Virus record (IMG/VR): IMGVR_UViG_3300031951_000099
Length of the DNA stretch: 64,000 bases
From: an uncultured virus (IMG/VR IMGVR_UViG_3300031951_000099)
Lineage: Duplodnaviria > Heunggongvirae > Uroviricota > Caudoviricetes
Direction: 5' to 3' (one strand)
In this document: positions 1-10,066 of the stretch, in pieces
Layout: the number at the start of each line of letters is the position of its first letter
Numbering within the stretch: the stretch's first letter is position 1
The notes under the pieces: model-generated
The model's database searches: none
Seen by the model: only the letters and a program-made list of their open reading frames with translations
What the model was told of the DNA's origin: nothing
Translations under genes and position numbers: made by a program

Positions 1-3000
1 ATAAAACGCCTATACGATTTGAAAAAGAACCGTCAATTGTCGTGGAAGAAAAATTTTACAAAGCGCCAGAATCAGCAACATTCACGGAAAAAATATATGT
101 TCCCGTGGATGTGGAATTAACTCCTAAATATTTTAATATTTTTCCTAACGGATACCAAATCCGATTGACTGGACCTGGTAACACACGATATTTCTCCGAT
201 TACAGTAACGGTATAATTACTGGATCGGCAATGATTTCTCCATCCAATGAATATGCAACTATAGAATTACCAATTACTAAAATTTTAAACTCAACCCGTG
301 CAGAATCAGATGGACGACTTATATACACGGATAAAAACACATTATTATTGGGTGGATTTTTAAGTAACAGTGGCGCGTATAACACAACACTTTTACCATT
401 CGGCTCAACTACTGTATCCGGTAGTATGCAACTCGTGTATAGTAAATTGGATACGGTGTCAACTGGATCCGATATTTCTTTTGCAAAAATACGAATTGTT
501 GATACAAAAACATTGTCCGGTGAAATTAATAAGGTTAGAGTTTCATATAAAGAAAGTACACGACCTGGAGAATATGTAACGTTGTCTGATGTAGACGTGG
601 GTGTTACGGAATTATTCGCAGTGGACAGCGGAAGTAAAATTGTAAGTACAGGGCAATTTAAAGATTTACTAATTAATGATTACTGGTACACTGCTACCAT
701 GTCATTACAAAAAACAGACGCTATCCCACAACCACCCATATACTTCAACTCATCGTCACTAATAACTAGCAATTCAATTATAACGCAGTGTTGTGTAGAT
801 TTACTTGATTCAATAAATGCAACACCGTTAATATCGGCAAGTACATATTTAAACAATGTTTCATATTTTATTGGGAATAGAACGGAAAATTCGTTGACTT
901 TATTCCCACGTACAGAATATACACTTGCGTTTGATGCGTTTATTACAAAAACTTCAGCATCATTAGAAGTAGACCAAGCAGATTATTCAATGGAAGTATA
1001 TCTGGTACAACAAGAAAACTCTACGGGTGTAGTACTAACTGCGGATAAACGTGGACAATTAATTGGTACCTTAACACCAAAAACTGGATTTTTAAGACAA
1101 AATTTTGAAACTGTAGAATTTAACTTTACACCACAAATATTAAGTACCGGTGAGTTTGGACTCCGATTTGTCGTATACGGTGGATACTGGAATATTGCAA
1201 ATGTGTCTGTAAAGACTGCACAGGAACCATATTTTAGTCCTGATGAAATTGATATTTTGATTCCAATTGTTAATTACCAAAATACAATTTTACAATTTAG
1301 AGCAGAATATCTAGACATCAATAATAATACGGCAGGGACAACTACAATCTCTACGCCGTTGTATGTTACGGGATCTGATAAATATGCAGTGAATGGGTTT
1401 CCGTACACGGGTAGTGCCATGATTTCGGGATCACTTGGTATTACTGGATCATTAACAATTACTGGATCCGGTACTTTAATTAATATTGGACCCGCACGAT
1501 TCACCGGATCAGTTTCAACAACCGATAATCTATTAGTTAATGGAAACGTCGGTATCGGCACAGTTACACCGCAAGGTAAATTACACGTAGTTACCGGATC
1601 GTTAGTAAACGCACATTATAATAACCAAGGCGCATTCTTGTTTGAAGCGCAAGAAGCACAGATGCAAGTTATTTCCGATGATAGTGGTAATCACGCATCT
1701 AAATTTGTACTATCAACCGTATCTTCATCAACGGTAAATAAGCATTGGATGTTGGATCAGAAAGGACCTGGTTTAGGAAATAGGTTTGATATTTCATACT
1801 TTACGTCATCTAACAGTGGTAATATTTTAGCACCGTCTGGCGTAGAAAAGCTTACCATAACTACAAATGGACATGTTGGTATAGGAACTACCACACCTAC
1901 CGCAACCCTACATGTACAAGGTACAATCTCCTCATCTGGAAATGTAACAGTTGACGGTAACCTAACGGTCTCGGGTCTAGTAACTGCTGCATCACAGTCC
2001 ATAACATATATTAGTTCATCGCAATTAAATGTTGGAACGAACATCATTACCGTTAACGTTCAAAATCCAACTGTACAATTTGGTGGATTGGCGGTCATTG
2101 ATTCGGGATCATCACCACAACGTAGTGGATCATTACTATTTGATTCAATAAATGATCAATGGATATTTGTACACCAAAATCAAACATCACCGACATCCTC
2201 CGTGTTATTGATGGGTCCACAAACCTATAATAATATTGGAAACGAAACGAATTTAACCAACAACTATTTGTTGAAGTCGGTCAACGCAGAACATGTTGGG
2301 GATTCACAAATTTATGATAATGGAACGAATGTTGGCATTGGTACATCAAGTCCCGTTGGCAAGTTAACTGTAAACGGTTATACAGGAGGAACGGTAGGTA
2401 GTGCAATTGCCGCTCACCAAAAAAACGTAGTGATAGGTGGAGCATACAATCAACTGTATAATACCAGTGCATCGGTAATGTTTCTCATCGCCGATTACAG
2501 TAACGATACTACAGACGATGTATATCCAATATATGTCGAAGATGAAAATAACGTTGTAGACTTTTTCTTACATGCTGGAAATGATCAAACGACTGCTACC
2601 AAACGAGCATATTTTGGTGGGAAGGTGGGCATAGGTACCACAAGTCCAAGCTACTCCCTTGAACTGGGCGGAGCAACTGCAAACATTAGAATTGCTCCTT
2701 CAACGTTAACAAACAATGCGTTAATTAGATATGCCAATAATGCGGGTAATGCATACGTTGGGTTAGATAATAGTTCTGGTGGATTGGGTGGTGCGTATAC
2801 ATTAAATATGTGGCATGCGGGAGCATACTCTATTGTGTTTGGCACTAATAATACGACACGAGCGGTCATTGACTCTAGTGGTAATGTCGGTATTGGAACC
2901 ACAAGTCCAAGTTACCCGCTGCAAGTACGAAGAGCCGGTGGAGCAGGGTCACTTGGAATTACGATAGACAATGTGTTCAGTGCTTCGGATAGAACAACAA

Positions 3001-6000
3001 AATATTTAGCAGTTGCAGATAGTACGTCAGATACTACCGGGCATGTATTTTATGTTAGAAATGGAACTGCAACCGATGTAGCAGTTTTATCGCTTCGGTA
3101 TGACGGTAATGTCGGCATCGGTACTACAAGCCCTGCACAAAAATTACAAGTTATTGGAAATGCAATTATTGGGGCAAACTCAAATTCATCAGTGGCGGCA
3201 CGACTGGATATTACCGCAGGTGGCAATGGATATGATTCGGTTATTGATTTCGGATATTATGATACGTTTGATGCAGGTATTTGGAATATTGGAAGAAAGG
3301 GAAGTACGGGAGCATTCTTCATTAGTAACTATGGATCTGGTACAGAAGCAAATGTAGTGACGATTAATGCGTCTAACAACGTCGGTATTGGTACCACAAG
3401 TCCATCATATAAATTGGACGTTTCAGGAACGATTGGGTTATCTGGATTCCCATTCGCAGTAAAATCTGGAAATTACAATCAAATATACGAACCCGCCGGG
3501 AATACTGCAATTTATTTAGGTAATGCCACCGATCCTACGAACTATTACGATAATTCAGTTCATCAATGGCGGAATCGTGGTGGTGGTACAGACTATATGC
3601 GTCTTAACAGTGTCGGTAACGTTGGTATCGGAACCACAAACCCACTCCACAGATTACAATTATCCACTGCTGCCAGTATTGCAATCCCACCAGCATACTC
3701 TCAAGTGCCATCATCGTGGACTCGTGATGCAGGCGGAATTATTCTAGCAGGATCGGAAACATCAGATGGCAGTAGTGGATGGAGATACGGTTCACGTATC
3801 ATGACCAAAGATTATGGAGACGGTCTAGGGGTATCATGGGACGTATTGTATAATGGAACATGGACGAATGATGCACTCTTTGTTGGAGGACGTTCTGGTA
3901 AACTTGGATATGTTGGAATTGGTTCTACTAATCCTCTTACACCATTATATGTGGTTGGAAATATACAAACAACGACGGGAGTAATTGCGTCAACGTTCTG
4001 GACAAATACGGATATTAGAAAATTAAATGCGTCTACCGCGATGAATTTTAGAGATTCTGCGGGTAATATTGAAATGATTATTGATGGATCTGGTAGAGTT
4101 GGTATCGGTACAACAAGTCCATCATATAAATTAGATGTAAATGGAGGAGTGCGACTTGCAGATGGTGGAAGTAGACCAACGGTGATAGAAACCGGAGGAA
4201 TGATATATTCTCAAGGTAATACCGGTGGTTGGGCATTTGGACATCATATAAAGGGTTCTTCCGGAACTGACCGTGGTGGGTTTGGGTTTTACGGTGGAGT
4301 AAATGCGTTAACTTATTACTACATCGGACAAGATTATTTATCTCCAACGATGGTCATTCAAAGTGGAAGTTCTGGTAATGTCGGTATTGGAACAATAAGT
4401 CCTTCAACAAAACTTCACGTATATACTGGAACGACTTCAAATATTGCAATACTAGAAGGTTCTGCTGGACAATATTTGCAAGGTGGTACTGATGGCGGTG
4501 GATTTTATTTAGAGCAAGTTGGAACTACTTCGGGAAATAGAATTCTGCGTATTCAAAATTCAAATGGGTCGGGAACGTATACTCAACTATTTTTACACGG
4601 AGCCAATCAAACAATATACACTAGTGCGAATGTTAATTTCGGCATAGGTACCTCAAGTCCATCATATAAATTAGATATTGCTGGAGCAGGAAGCGGCAAC
4701 GTTGCCGTACGACTTACACCGGATACTGGTATAATTAGATTATACGGATATGATTTGCTCGGGTATAGTAATGGTACTTTGTGGACTATTAGTAATACTA
4801 CGTACAACGAATTTGTATTAGGAACGAGTTGGGATTGGGATAGATCAATGAGTTTCAAATACACACCAGGCACAACAGGAGCAGCTACCGGTGAACTCAT
4901 CATAGGCCAACAAAGTAAAAATGATGCCAATTGGACACATGGTATAATTAATTTACAAACAAACGGGACCACCCGAATGTACATCAATTCATCGGGAAAG
5001 GTCGGTATAGCAACAACCAGTCCACAGTCAACACTTCATGTAGCAGGAACAGTTGGATATGGCACTATCCGTATAACACCAACGAGTGCAAACGGTGAAT
5101 CAGCAATGGCGTTTTTCACAGATGTCGCGGGAACGGATACGAATGACGCGTGGGTAGTTGGACATGCAGGATGGGGTCACACTGGTGATTTTGTAATTGG
5201 TAATGAAAATAATGGAGCAGGTGGTGATGTTAGACTACTGATAGAAAAAAGTGGTAATGTTGGAATTGGAACAACCAGCCCAGGAGAAAAACTGGAAGTA
5301 AATGGTAATATTAAAACCCAAGGTTATGTCATTTTTAAAGATACTAACAATTCCAATACATATGGATTGCGTGGATTGTCGGGAGTTATTACACTAGATG
5401 GTGGCGCACAATATCCAACTGCCTGGAATTTTCAGTACGGAAACTCTAGTAATTCGGGAATGTATATTAGTTCTTCTGGATATGTTGGCATCGGAACTAC
5501 AAGTCCTGGAGTAAAACTAGACGTTAGTGGTGTTATACGATCCCCATCATTAATAGATAGCGATTCAACACGTATAGTAAATCCTGGTGGAGCATATTAC
5601 GTAAGTTCGGCCGGTACCGAAGTAGGTGCATTTAAGATCAAACTTCCCGTTGCAAAAAATAATTCGTCCACTATGATGCGTATGACAGTACAAATCTATC
5701 AATATAGTACTGGTACGTCACACACATTTTTAATTGGGGGATACAATTATGGAGGAGGAGGTTGGTACAACGTATTTGCAACAAATATAACTGACATCGG
5801 AGGAAACTATACAGTTAGATTTGGATATGATGGAACGAGTGATTGTATTTGGATCGGTGAAACGAATTCTTCGTGGTATTATCCACAAGTGTTTGTCACG
5901 GATTTTCAAATGGGTTATAATGCATATGATACAAGTTGGGCAACGGGATGGACAATCACACGAGTTACCAGTTTTGATACGGTTGAAACTAGTAGAACTG

Positions 6001-8162
6001 CTGCATATGTTTGGACCAATAATAACGACGGAGCAGGTTCTGGACTAGACGCTGATTTATTAGACGGATATAGTTCAGCAACTTCTGCAACAGGAAATAC
6101 CATAGCATTGCGTGATGCAAATGGGGATTTAACAAACCGATACAACTTTGCAAGTTATAATAATACCTCGGATGATGTGAGTTCTGGTACTATCACATAT
6201 ATCATGGCAAAGTTTGGAGATAATTATCATCGTTCTGCAACTGCTGCAAAAGTAGCTGCATTTATTAGTGGCCAGTCCATGAATATTGCTGGCAATGCGT
6301 CAACCGCAACAACTGCGGTAAACTTATCAACCGATAGAACGAACTGGAGTACTAATGGAACGATAAGTGCGGTGGTTGGACAGTTAGCATGGAAAAATTA
6401 TGGTAACGGCCACACCATAATTGATGCATCTGCAGGTACTGCTCCGAACGGAACTGCTATAAACAATACAAATTCTACATACGCTTGGACCGGAAATTAT
6501 CCCACATTGATGGGATGGAATGGATCGGATACATACGGAGTACGAGTAGATTCTGCGAGAGTTGCAGATACTGCGGGAAACATTACCGCATATACCATTA
6601 ATCAAAATGTAGGATCGGGTAACACACCAACGTTTGCTGGTTTATATATAAGCACGGGCAACACCAGCGCAGCATATCAATACTTTTCAAATAACGGTGG
6701 ACAATTTTATATAGGAAAAGAAAATTCTGCGGGTAGTGCATTTGGTGTTGATGCATATGCAAATATTTTGTATACTTCTAATACGTACCCCATGATATTT
6801 TTAATAAATGGTTCCGAAAAAATGCGTTTGACAAATACCGGAAGACTTGGGATTGGTAACACCAGTCCTTCATTTACACTGGATGCATCAGACAATACGG
6901 TTCGCACGGGTCGCATTTATCGGTCATTCCAATCGTATACGGGAACAACTAATAATCTAGTTCGTACATGGGATGGTGTGTTGGTTGCAGGATCCGATAG
7001 TGGTGGAGCAGAAACATACACCATCATTGACACGGGTGTTCCACAAGACAGTTACATGATGGGTGGGTTTACGATTGATTGGTTTGAAGACTATGGTTCA
7101 ACCAATGCAAAAACACAAATTAAACTGGGCGGTTACTGGAATGCAGAAAGCAACGGTGGATTTCAGGGATGGGAATATACGTCTACGAATCCCGATATAC
7201 GTCCTACAATACAAATTGCACGAAATAGTAGCACAGGAAATACCGCATTTATATTGAGTCATTTTGGGGCAAGTTATGCAATTATCATGGCCCGTGATTT
7301 ATGGCTCGGATATAATAGTGGTGCCGAGACATATGGAAGCGGGTGGACTATACAACAAGTAAGTTCAACGTCTGGATACACGAATTTTGATACGGTAGTT
7401 CCACGTATTGCGCCATCACCAACCGGCACAGGTGCATCCGGAACATGGGGAATTAGTATTTCTGGCAACGCAGCAAATATTACTGCATACACCATTAATC
7501 AAAGTGTGGGAACTGGTAATAGTCCAACATTTGCTGGATTAACCATAAATGGATCAAATTCTGCAAAGATTGCGCTTGTTGCCGGTAGTTCAAAGGGCGT
7601 ACGATTAGGAGCCGATGGTAGCTATGGATATGTTGAAGCGGTAGATAACACTGGAGTGGCAAGTTATCAGCCTATGTATTTTGGTGGATCTGTTATAAAC
7701 TTTGCCATAGCCGGATCAATAAAAGCATACATGGATGCAAGCGGTAATTTGGGAATTGGTACAACAAGCCCAGCTGCAAAACTTCATGTGGTTGGTGATA
7801 TCGTAGCAACTGGCAATATCACGGCATACTACTCTTCGGATAGAAGATTAAAGAAAAATATCAGTCTATTGACTAATGCGTTGGATAAACTTTCCAAAAT
7901 CAGTGGCGTGGAATTTGACTGGACCGATGAATATATTAAAACACATGGTGGAGAAGATGGATATTTTATCCGACGCCATGATGTCGGTGTAATTGCTCAA
8001 GAAATTCAAGACGTTCTACCCGAAGTTGTAGCAGAAAAAATAGACGGATATCTCGGAGTTCGTTATGAAAAAGTGGTCCCGTTATTGATCCAAGCAATCA
8101 AGGAACAACAACTACAAATTGAAGAATTAAAAAAAACAATTAGTAAACTAGATGTTATATGA
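1..8162 (+). CDS. Giant tail fibre (5'-partial) with about 17 GNVGIGT-type repeats and a C-terminal peptidase S74 intramolecular chaperone
   Basis: The frame is open from the window edge (KTPIRFEKEPSIV precedes the GTG at 42), so the true start is upstream. Repeated G(N/K/Y/R)VGIGTTSP units. The C-terminus SSDRRLKKNI...GVIAQEIQDVLPEVV...VRYEKVVPLLIQAIKEQ is the S74 signature. Confidence 0.9.
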   Translation, partial: KTPIRFEKEPSIVVEEKFYKAPESATFTEKIYVPVDVELTPKYFNIFPNGYQIRLTGPGNTRYFSDYSNGIITGSAMISPSNEYATIELPITKILNSTRAESDGRLIYTDKNTLLLGGFLSNSGAYNTTLLPFGSTTVSGSMQLVYSKLDTVSTGSDISFAKIRIVDTKTLSGEINKVRVSYKESTRPGEYVTLSDVDVGVTELFAVDSGSKIVSTGQFKDLLINDYWYTATMSLQKTDAIPQPPIYFNSSSLITSNSIITQCCVDLLDSINATPLISASTYLNNVSYFIGNRTENSLTLFPRTEYTLAFDAFITKTSASLEVDQADYSMEVYLVQQENSTGVVLTADKRGQLIGTLTPKTGFLRQNFETVEFNFTPQILSTGEFGLRFVVYGGYWNIANVSVKTAQEPYFSPDEIDILIPIVNYQNTILQFRAEYLDINNNTAGTTTISTPLYVTGSDKYAVNGFPYTGSAMISGSLGITGSLTITGSGTLINIGPARFTGSVSTTDNLLVNGNVGIGTVTPQGKLHVVTGSLVNAHYNNQGAFLFEAQEAQMQVISDDSGNHASKFVLSTVSSSTVNKHWMLDQKGPGLGNRFDISYFTSSNSGNILAPSGVEKLTITTNGHVGIGTTTPTATLHVQGTISSSGNVTVDGNLTVSGLVTAASQSITYISSSQLNVGTNIITVNVQNPTVQFGGLAVIDSGSSPQRSGSLLFDSINDQWIFVHQNQTSPTSSVLLMGPQTYNNIGNETNLTNNYLLKSVNAEHVGDSQIYDNGTNVGIGTSSPVGKLTVNGYTGGTVGSAIAAHQKNVVIGGAYNQLYNTSASVMFLIADYSNDTTDDVYPIYVEDENNVVDFFLHAGNDQTTATKRAYFGGKVGIGTTSPSYSLELGGATANIRIAPSTLTNNALIRYANNAGNAYVGLDNSSGGLGGAYTLNMWHAGAYSIVFGTNNTTRAVIDSSGNVGIGTTSPSYPLQVRRAGGAGSLGITIDNVFSASDRTTKYLAVADSTSDTTGHVFYVRNGTATDVAVLSLRYDGNVGIGTTSPAQKLQVIGNAIIGANSNSSVAARLDITAGGNGYDSVIDFGYYDTFDAGIWNIGRKGSTGAFFISNYGSGTEANVVTINASNNVGIGTTSPSYKLDVSGTIGLSGFPFAVKSGNYNQIYEPAGNTAIYLGNATDPTNYYDNSVHQWRNRGGGTDYMRLNSVGNVGIGTTNPLHRLQLSTAASIAIPPAYSQVPSSWTRDAGGIILAGSETSDGSSGWRYGSRIMTKDYGDGLGVSWDVLYNGTWTNDALFVGGRSGKLGYVGIGSTNPLTPLYVVGNIQTTTGVIASTFWTNTDIRKLNASTAMNFRDSAGNIEMIIDGSGRVGIGTTSPSYKLDVNGGVRLADGGSRPTVIETGGMIYSQGNTGGWAFGHHIKGSSGTDRGGFGFYGGVNALTYYYIGQDYLSPTMVIQSGSSGNVGIGTISPSTKLHVYTGTTSNIAILEGSAGQYLQGGTDGGGFYLEQVGTTSGNRILRIQNSNGSGTYTQLFLHGANQTIYTSANVNFGIGTSSPSYKLDIAGAGSGNVAVRLTPDTGIIRLYGYDLLGYSNGTLWTISNTTYNEFVLGTSWDWDRSMSFKYTPGTTGAATGELIIGQQSKNDANWTHGIINLQTNGTTRMYINSSGKVGIATTSPQSTLHVAGTVGYGTIRITPTSANGESAMAFFTDVAGTDTNDAWVVGHAGWGHTGDFVIGNENNGAGGDVRLLIEKSGNVGIGTTSPGEKLEVNGNIKTQGYVIFKDTNNSNTYGLRGLSGVITLDGGAQYPTAWNFQYGNSSNSGMYISSSGYVGIGTTSPGVKLDVSGVIRSPSLIDSDSTRIVNPGGAYYVSSAGTEVGAFKIKLPVAKNNSSTMMRMTVQIYQYSTGTSHTFLIGGYNYGGGGWYNVFATNITDIGGNYTVRFGYDGTSDCIWIGETNSSWYYPQVFVTDFQMGYNAYDTSWATGWTITRVTSFDTVETSRTAAYVWTNNNDGAGSGLDADLLDGYSSATSATGNTIALRDANGDLTNRYNFASYNNTSDDVSSGTITYIMAKFGDNYHRSATAAKVAAFISGQSMNIAGNASTATTAVNLSTDRTNWSTNGTISAVVGQLAWKNYGNGHTIIDASAGTAPNGTAINNTNSTYAWTGNYPTLMGWNGSDTYGVRVDSARVADTAGNITAYTINQNVGSGNTPTFAGLYISTGNTSAAYQYFSNNGGQFYIGKENSAGSAFGVDAYANILYTSNTYPMIFLINGSEKMRLTNTGRLGIGNTSPSFTLDASDNTVRTGRIYRSFQSYTGTTNNLVRTWDGVLVAGSDSGGAETYTIIDTGVPQDSYMMGGFTIDWFEDYGSTNAKTQIKLGGYWNAESNGGFQGWEYTSTNPDIRPTIQIARNSSTGNTAFILSHFGASYAIIMARDLWLGYNSGAETYGSGWTIQQVSSTSGYTNFDTVVPRIAPSPTGTGASGTWGISISGNAANITAYTINQSVGTGNSPTFAGLTINGSNSAKIALVAGSSKGVRLGADGSYGYVEAVDNTGVASYQPMYFGGSVINFAIAGSIKAYMDASGNLGIGTTSPAAKLHVVGDIVATGNITAYYSSDRRLKKNISLLTNALDKLSKISGVEFDWTDEYIKTHGGEDGYFIRRHDVGVIAQEIQDVLPEVVAEKIDGYLGVRYEKVVPLLIQAIKEQQLQIEELKKTISKLDVI
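1543..7775 (+). repeat. Dispersed in-frame GNVGIGTTSP fibre repeats
   Basis: About 17 copies counted in the translation, separated by variable spacers. Confidence 0.85.
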
Positions 8163-9022
8163 CACTAAATAGTTCAGGACAAATTAGTATGGGTGGATCT
8201 ACTACTGGACAATCTATTAATTTGGAGTTAGGACAAAGTGCAACTGCACAAGTTTCACTAAATGACGGGGGACTTCGTTCACTCGCAGGAGTTCCTTCCG
8301 GTCAAATTAGTCTAAACAATTTTTGGGGAAAAGCCTTTGAAAATAAAGTGTATGTCGGATTTACGGAAACCTGGACAGGCGACGGTTTTGGTTTACAACG
8401 TCAACCTGGAGACTTGGTTATTGGTTATGTAGTTAGGTCTTACGGTGGAAGTGCGGCATTTAATATGAATAATCCGAATTTTCAATATTTACCCGGTGCT
8501 ATAGATTTACAACATTATACTTCATTACCCGAATATCCGTGGTACGTGTCTCTTTGGATTAATGTCATATATGGGTTTATAACAGAACAAAACGAAACAT
8601 TCCCAGCACCAGCGGGTGGTTTTAGCGGTGCTGGGTATTATGTGTTTAGAAACGTAGGAACTCCAAATGTTAACCAAGTAATTAATACAAGAACAACTTC
8701 AATGGACGGAAACTTTGCAGTATCTGGATTATCTGGAACATATGGCGGGGCTCGATGGGGGTTAGTGATTGGTTTAACCGATCTTAATTTTTATCAAGGA
8801 TACGCATACAGTCCAAATATTACTACCGGATTTAAAGCACCAATAACTACTAATAACAACATAATTTATAGTTATGTAGCACAGGCATCTAATGGGGGAA
8901 GTACTAGTAATATGGTTTTTTACAATGAAGTGTATAACGAAGAATTTCAAGAGAATGTTACGGTTGAAACAACAGGAACATACAGTTTCCTTACTGCAGC
9001 AATTAACATACCACCCGTATGA
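8159..9022 (+). CDS. Putative fibre-tip adhesin / receptor-binding protein
   Basis: ATGA overlap with the fibre stop. The N-terminus MTLNSSGQISM...SINLELG...LAGVPSGQISLNNFWGKA is a module typical of fibre-associated proteins, followed by an aromatic, beta-rich body. Confidence 0.55.
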   Translation: MTLNSSGQISMGGSTTGQSINLELGQSATAQVSLNDGGLRSLAGVPSGQISLNNFWGKAFENKVYVGFTETWTGDGFGLQRQPGDLVIGYVVRSYGGSAAFNMNNPNFQYLPGAIDLQHYTSLPEYPWYVSLWINVIYGFITEQNETFPAPAGGFSGAGYYVFRNVGTPNVNQVINTRTTSMDGNFAVSGLSGTYGGARWGLVIGLTDLNFYQGYAYSPNITTGFKAPITTNNNIIYSYVAQASNGGSTSNMVFYNEVYNEEFQENVTVETTGTYSFLTAAINIPPV

Positions 9023-9043
9023 TTTTGTTTCATAGATTAATAG

Positions 9044-9535
9044 AATTCTTTTCTATATTTAAAAGTAAAACCTAAAAAATTAAATGGACAATTTAAAGTA
9101 GGACTCCGTTGGTCGGGAAATCCAGAATTTGAACATCAACAACATAGAAGGTTTGATCCCAAATTAATGTTAGATTTGGCAGATATCCCAGGGGTTACCT
9201 TTTACTCGTTACAAAGAGATCATGACTTATTTGACGTATCATTTACTGATTTACGTCATAAAATGAAGACGTGGGAAGATACGGCACGTGTTTTAGCGGG
9301 ACTGGATTTGGTGATTACCTCGGATACATCAGTTGCACATTGCTCTGCCGCTCTTGGTATAGAAACATGGATTATTGTTCCAATATTACCGTATTATCCG
9401 TGGGCCTTGCCTGGAAATTGTACGTCGTGGTATGATAGTGTAAAATTGTATAGACAATCAACTTATGGTAATTGGGACGCACCGTTTGAACAAATTAAAA
9501 AAGATTTACAAGACAAAATAAACAACGCACCGTGA
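9044..9535 (+). pseudogene. 5'-truncated C-terminal part of a GT9/TPR-associated-type glycosyltransferase
   Basis: The conserved-looking YL...KVGLRWSGNP motif lies in frame upstream of the first ATG (9167), right after TAA/TAG stops and with no start codon. Downstream motifs: LDLVITSDTSVAHCSAALG, WYDSVKLYRQ, GNWDAPF. Confidence 0.55.
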
Positions 9536-9601
9536 TTTTTTATTGTTAGACATGATGAGTTATATATATAGACGTACAACTCTTAATTTTACGGAGGTTT
9601 T

Positions 9602-10006
9602 ATGAAGTTACGGAATGAACAAATTTTAAATGTATTTACGGGTCTAAACTCACTAGGTAATGAAAAGTTCGCAGCAAAATTAGCATGGAAGATTTCTACT
9701 GCACGCGGTGCGTTGACCCCGTTTGTTGAGTCATTGGAAAAGACGATGGTTGAGGTACGTGCCAAGTATGCGGTGAAGGACGAAGAAGGAAAGATTGTTC
9801 CTGCTGTAGGAGAAAATGGATTACCAATTGAGGGTACAATGCAAGTAGCAAAAGAAAATGTGATATTACTTAATCAAGAATTAACAGAATTACTCAGTAT
9901 TGAAACTGAAGTGGAAAACGTCAGTTTATCCATCAACGACTTCCCAGATACATTGGAAATCTCACCAAATGCATTGGCAGCACTCCAACCAATCCTTCAC
10001 GATTAA
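9602..10006 (+). CDS. Small helical protein (DUF1617-like)
   Basis: GGAGG SD; ...AKLAWKI...RAKYAVKDEEGK...ELTELLSIE pattern. Confidence 0.55.
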   Translation: MKLRNEQILNVFTGLNSLGNEKFAAKLAWKISTARGALTPFVESLEKTMVEVRAKYAVKDEEGKIVPAVGENGLPIEGTMQVAKENVILLNQELTELLSIETEVENVSLSINDFPDTLEISPNALAALQPILHD

Positions 10007-10017
10007 ACATATTTGAC

Positions 10018-10060
10018 TATTGGGTAGATATTTATAAGAAGTTCAAATATTTACCCAATA
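10018..10060 (+). promoter_or_regulatory. 16-bp hairpin overlapping a TATTTATA putative late promoter (10029-10036)
   Basis: TATTGGGTAGATATTT pairs with AAATATTTACCCAATA (one G-U pair). The hairpin ends 6 nt before ATG 10067. Confidence 0.6.
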
Positions 10061-10066
10061 TCATTT

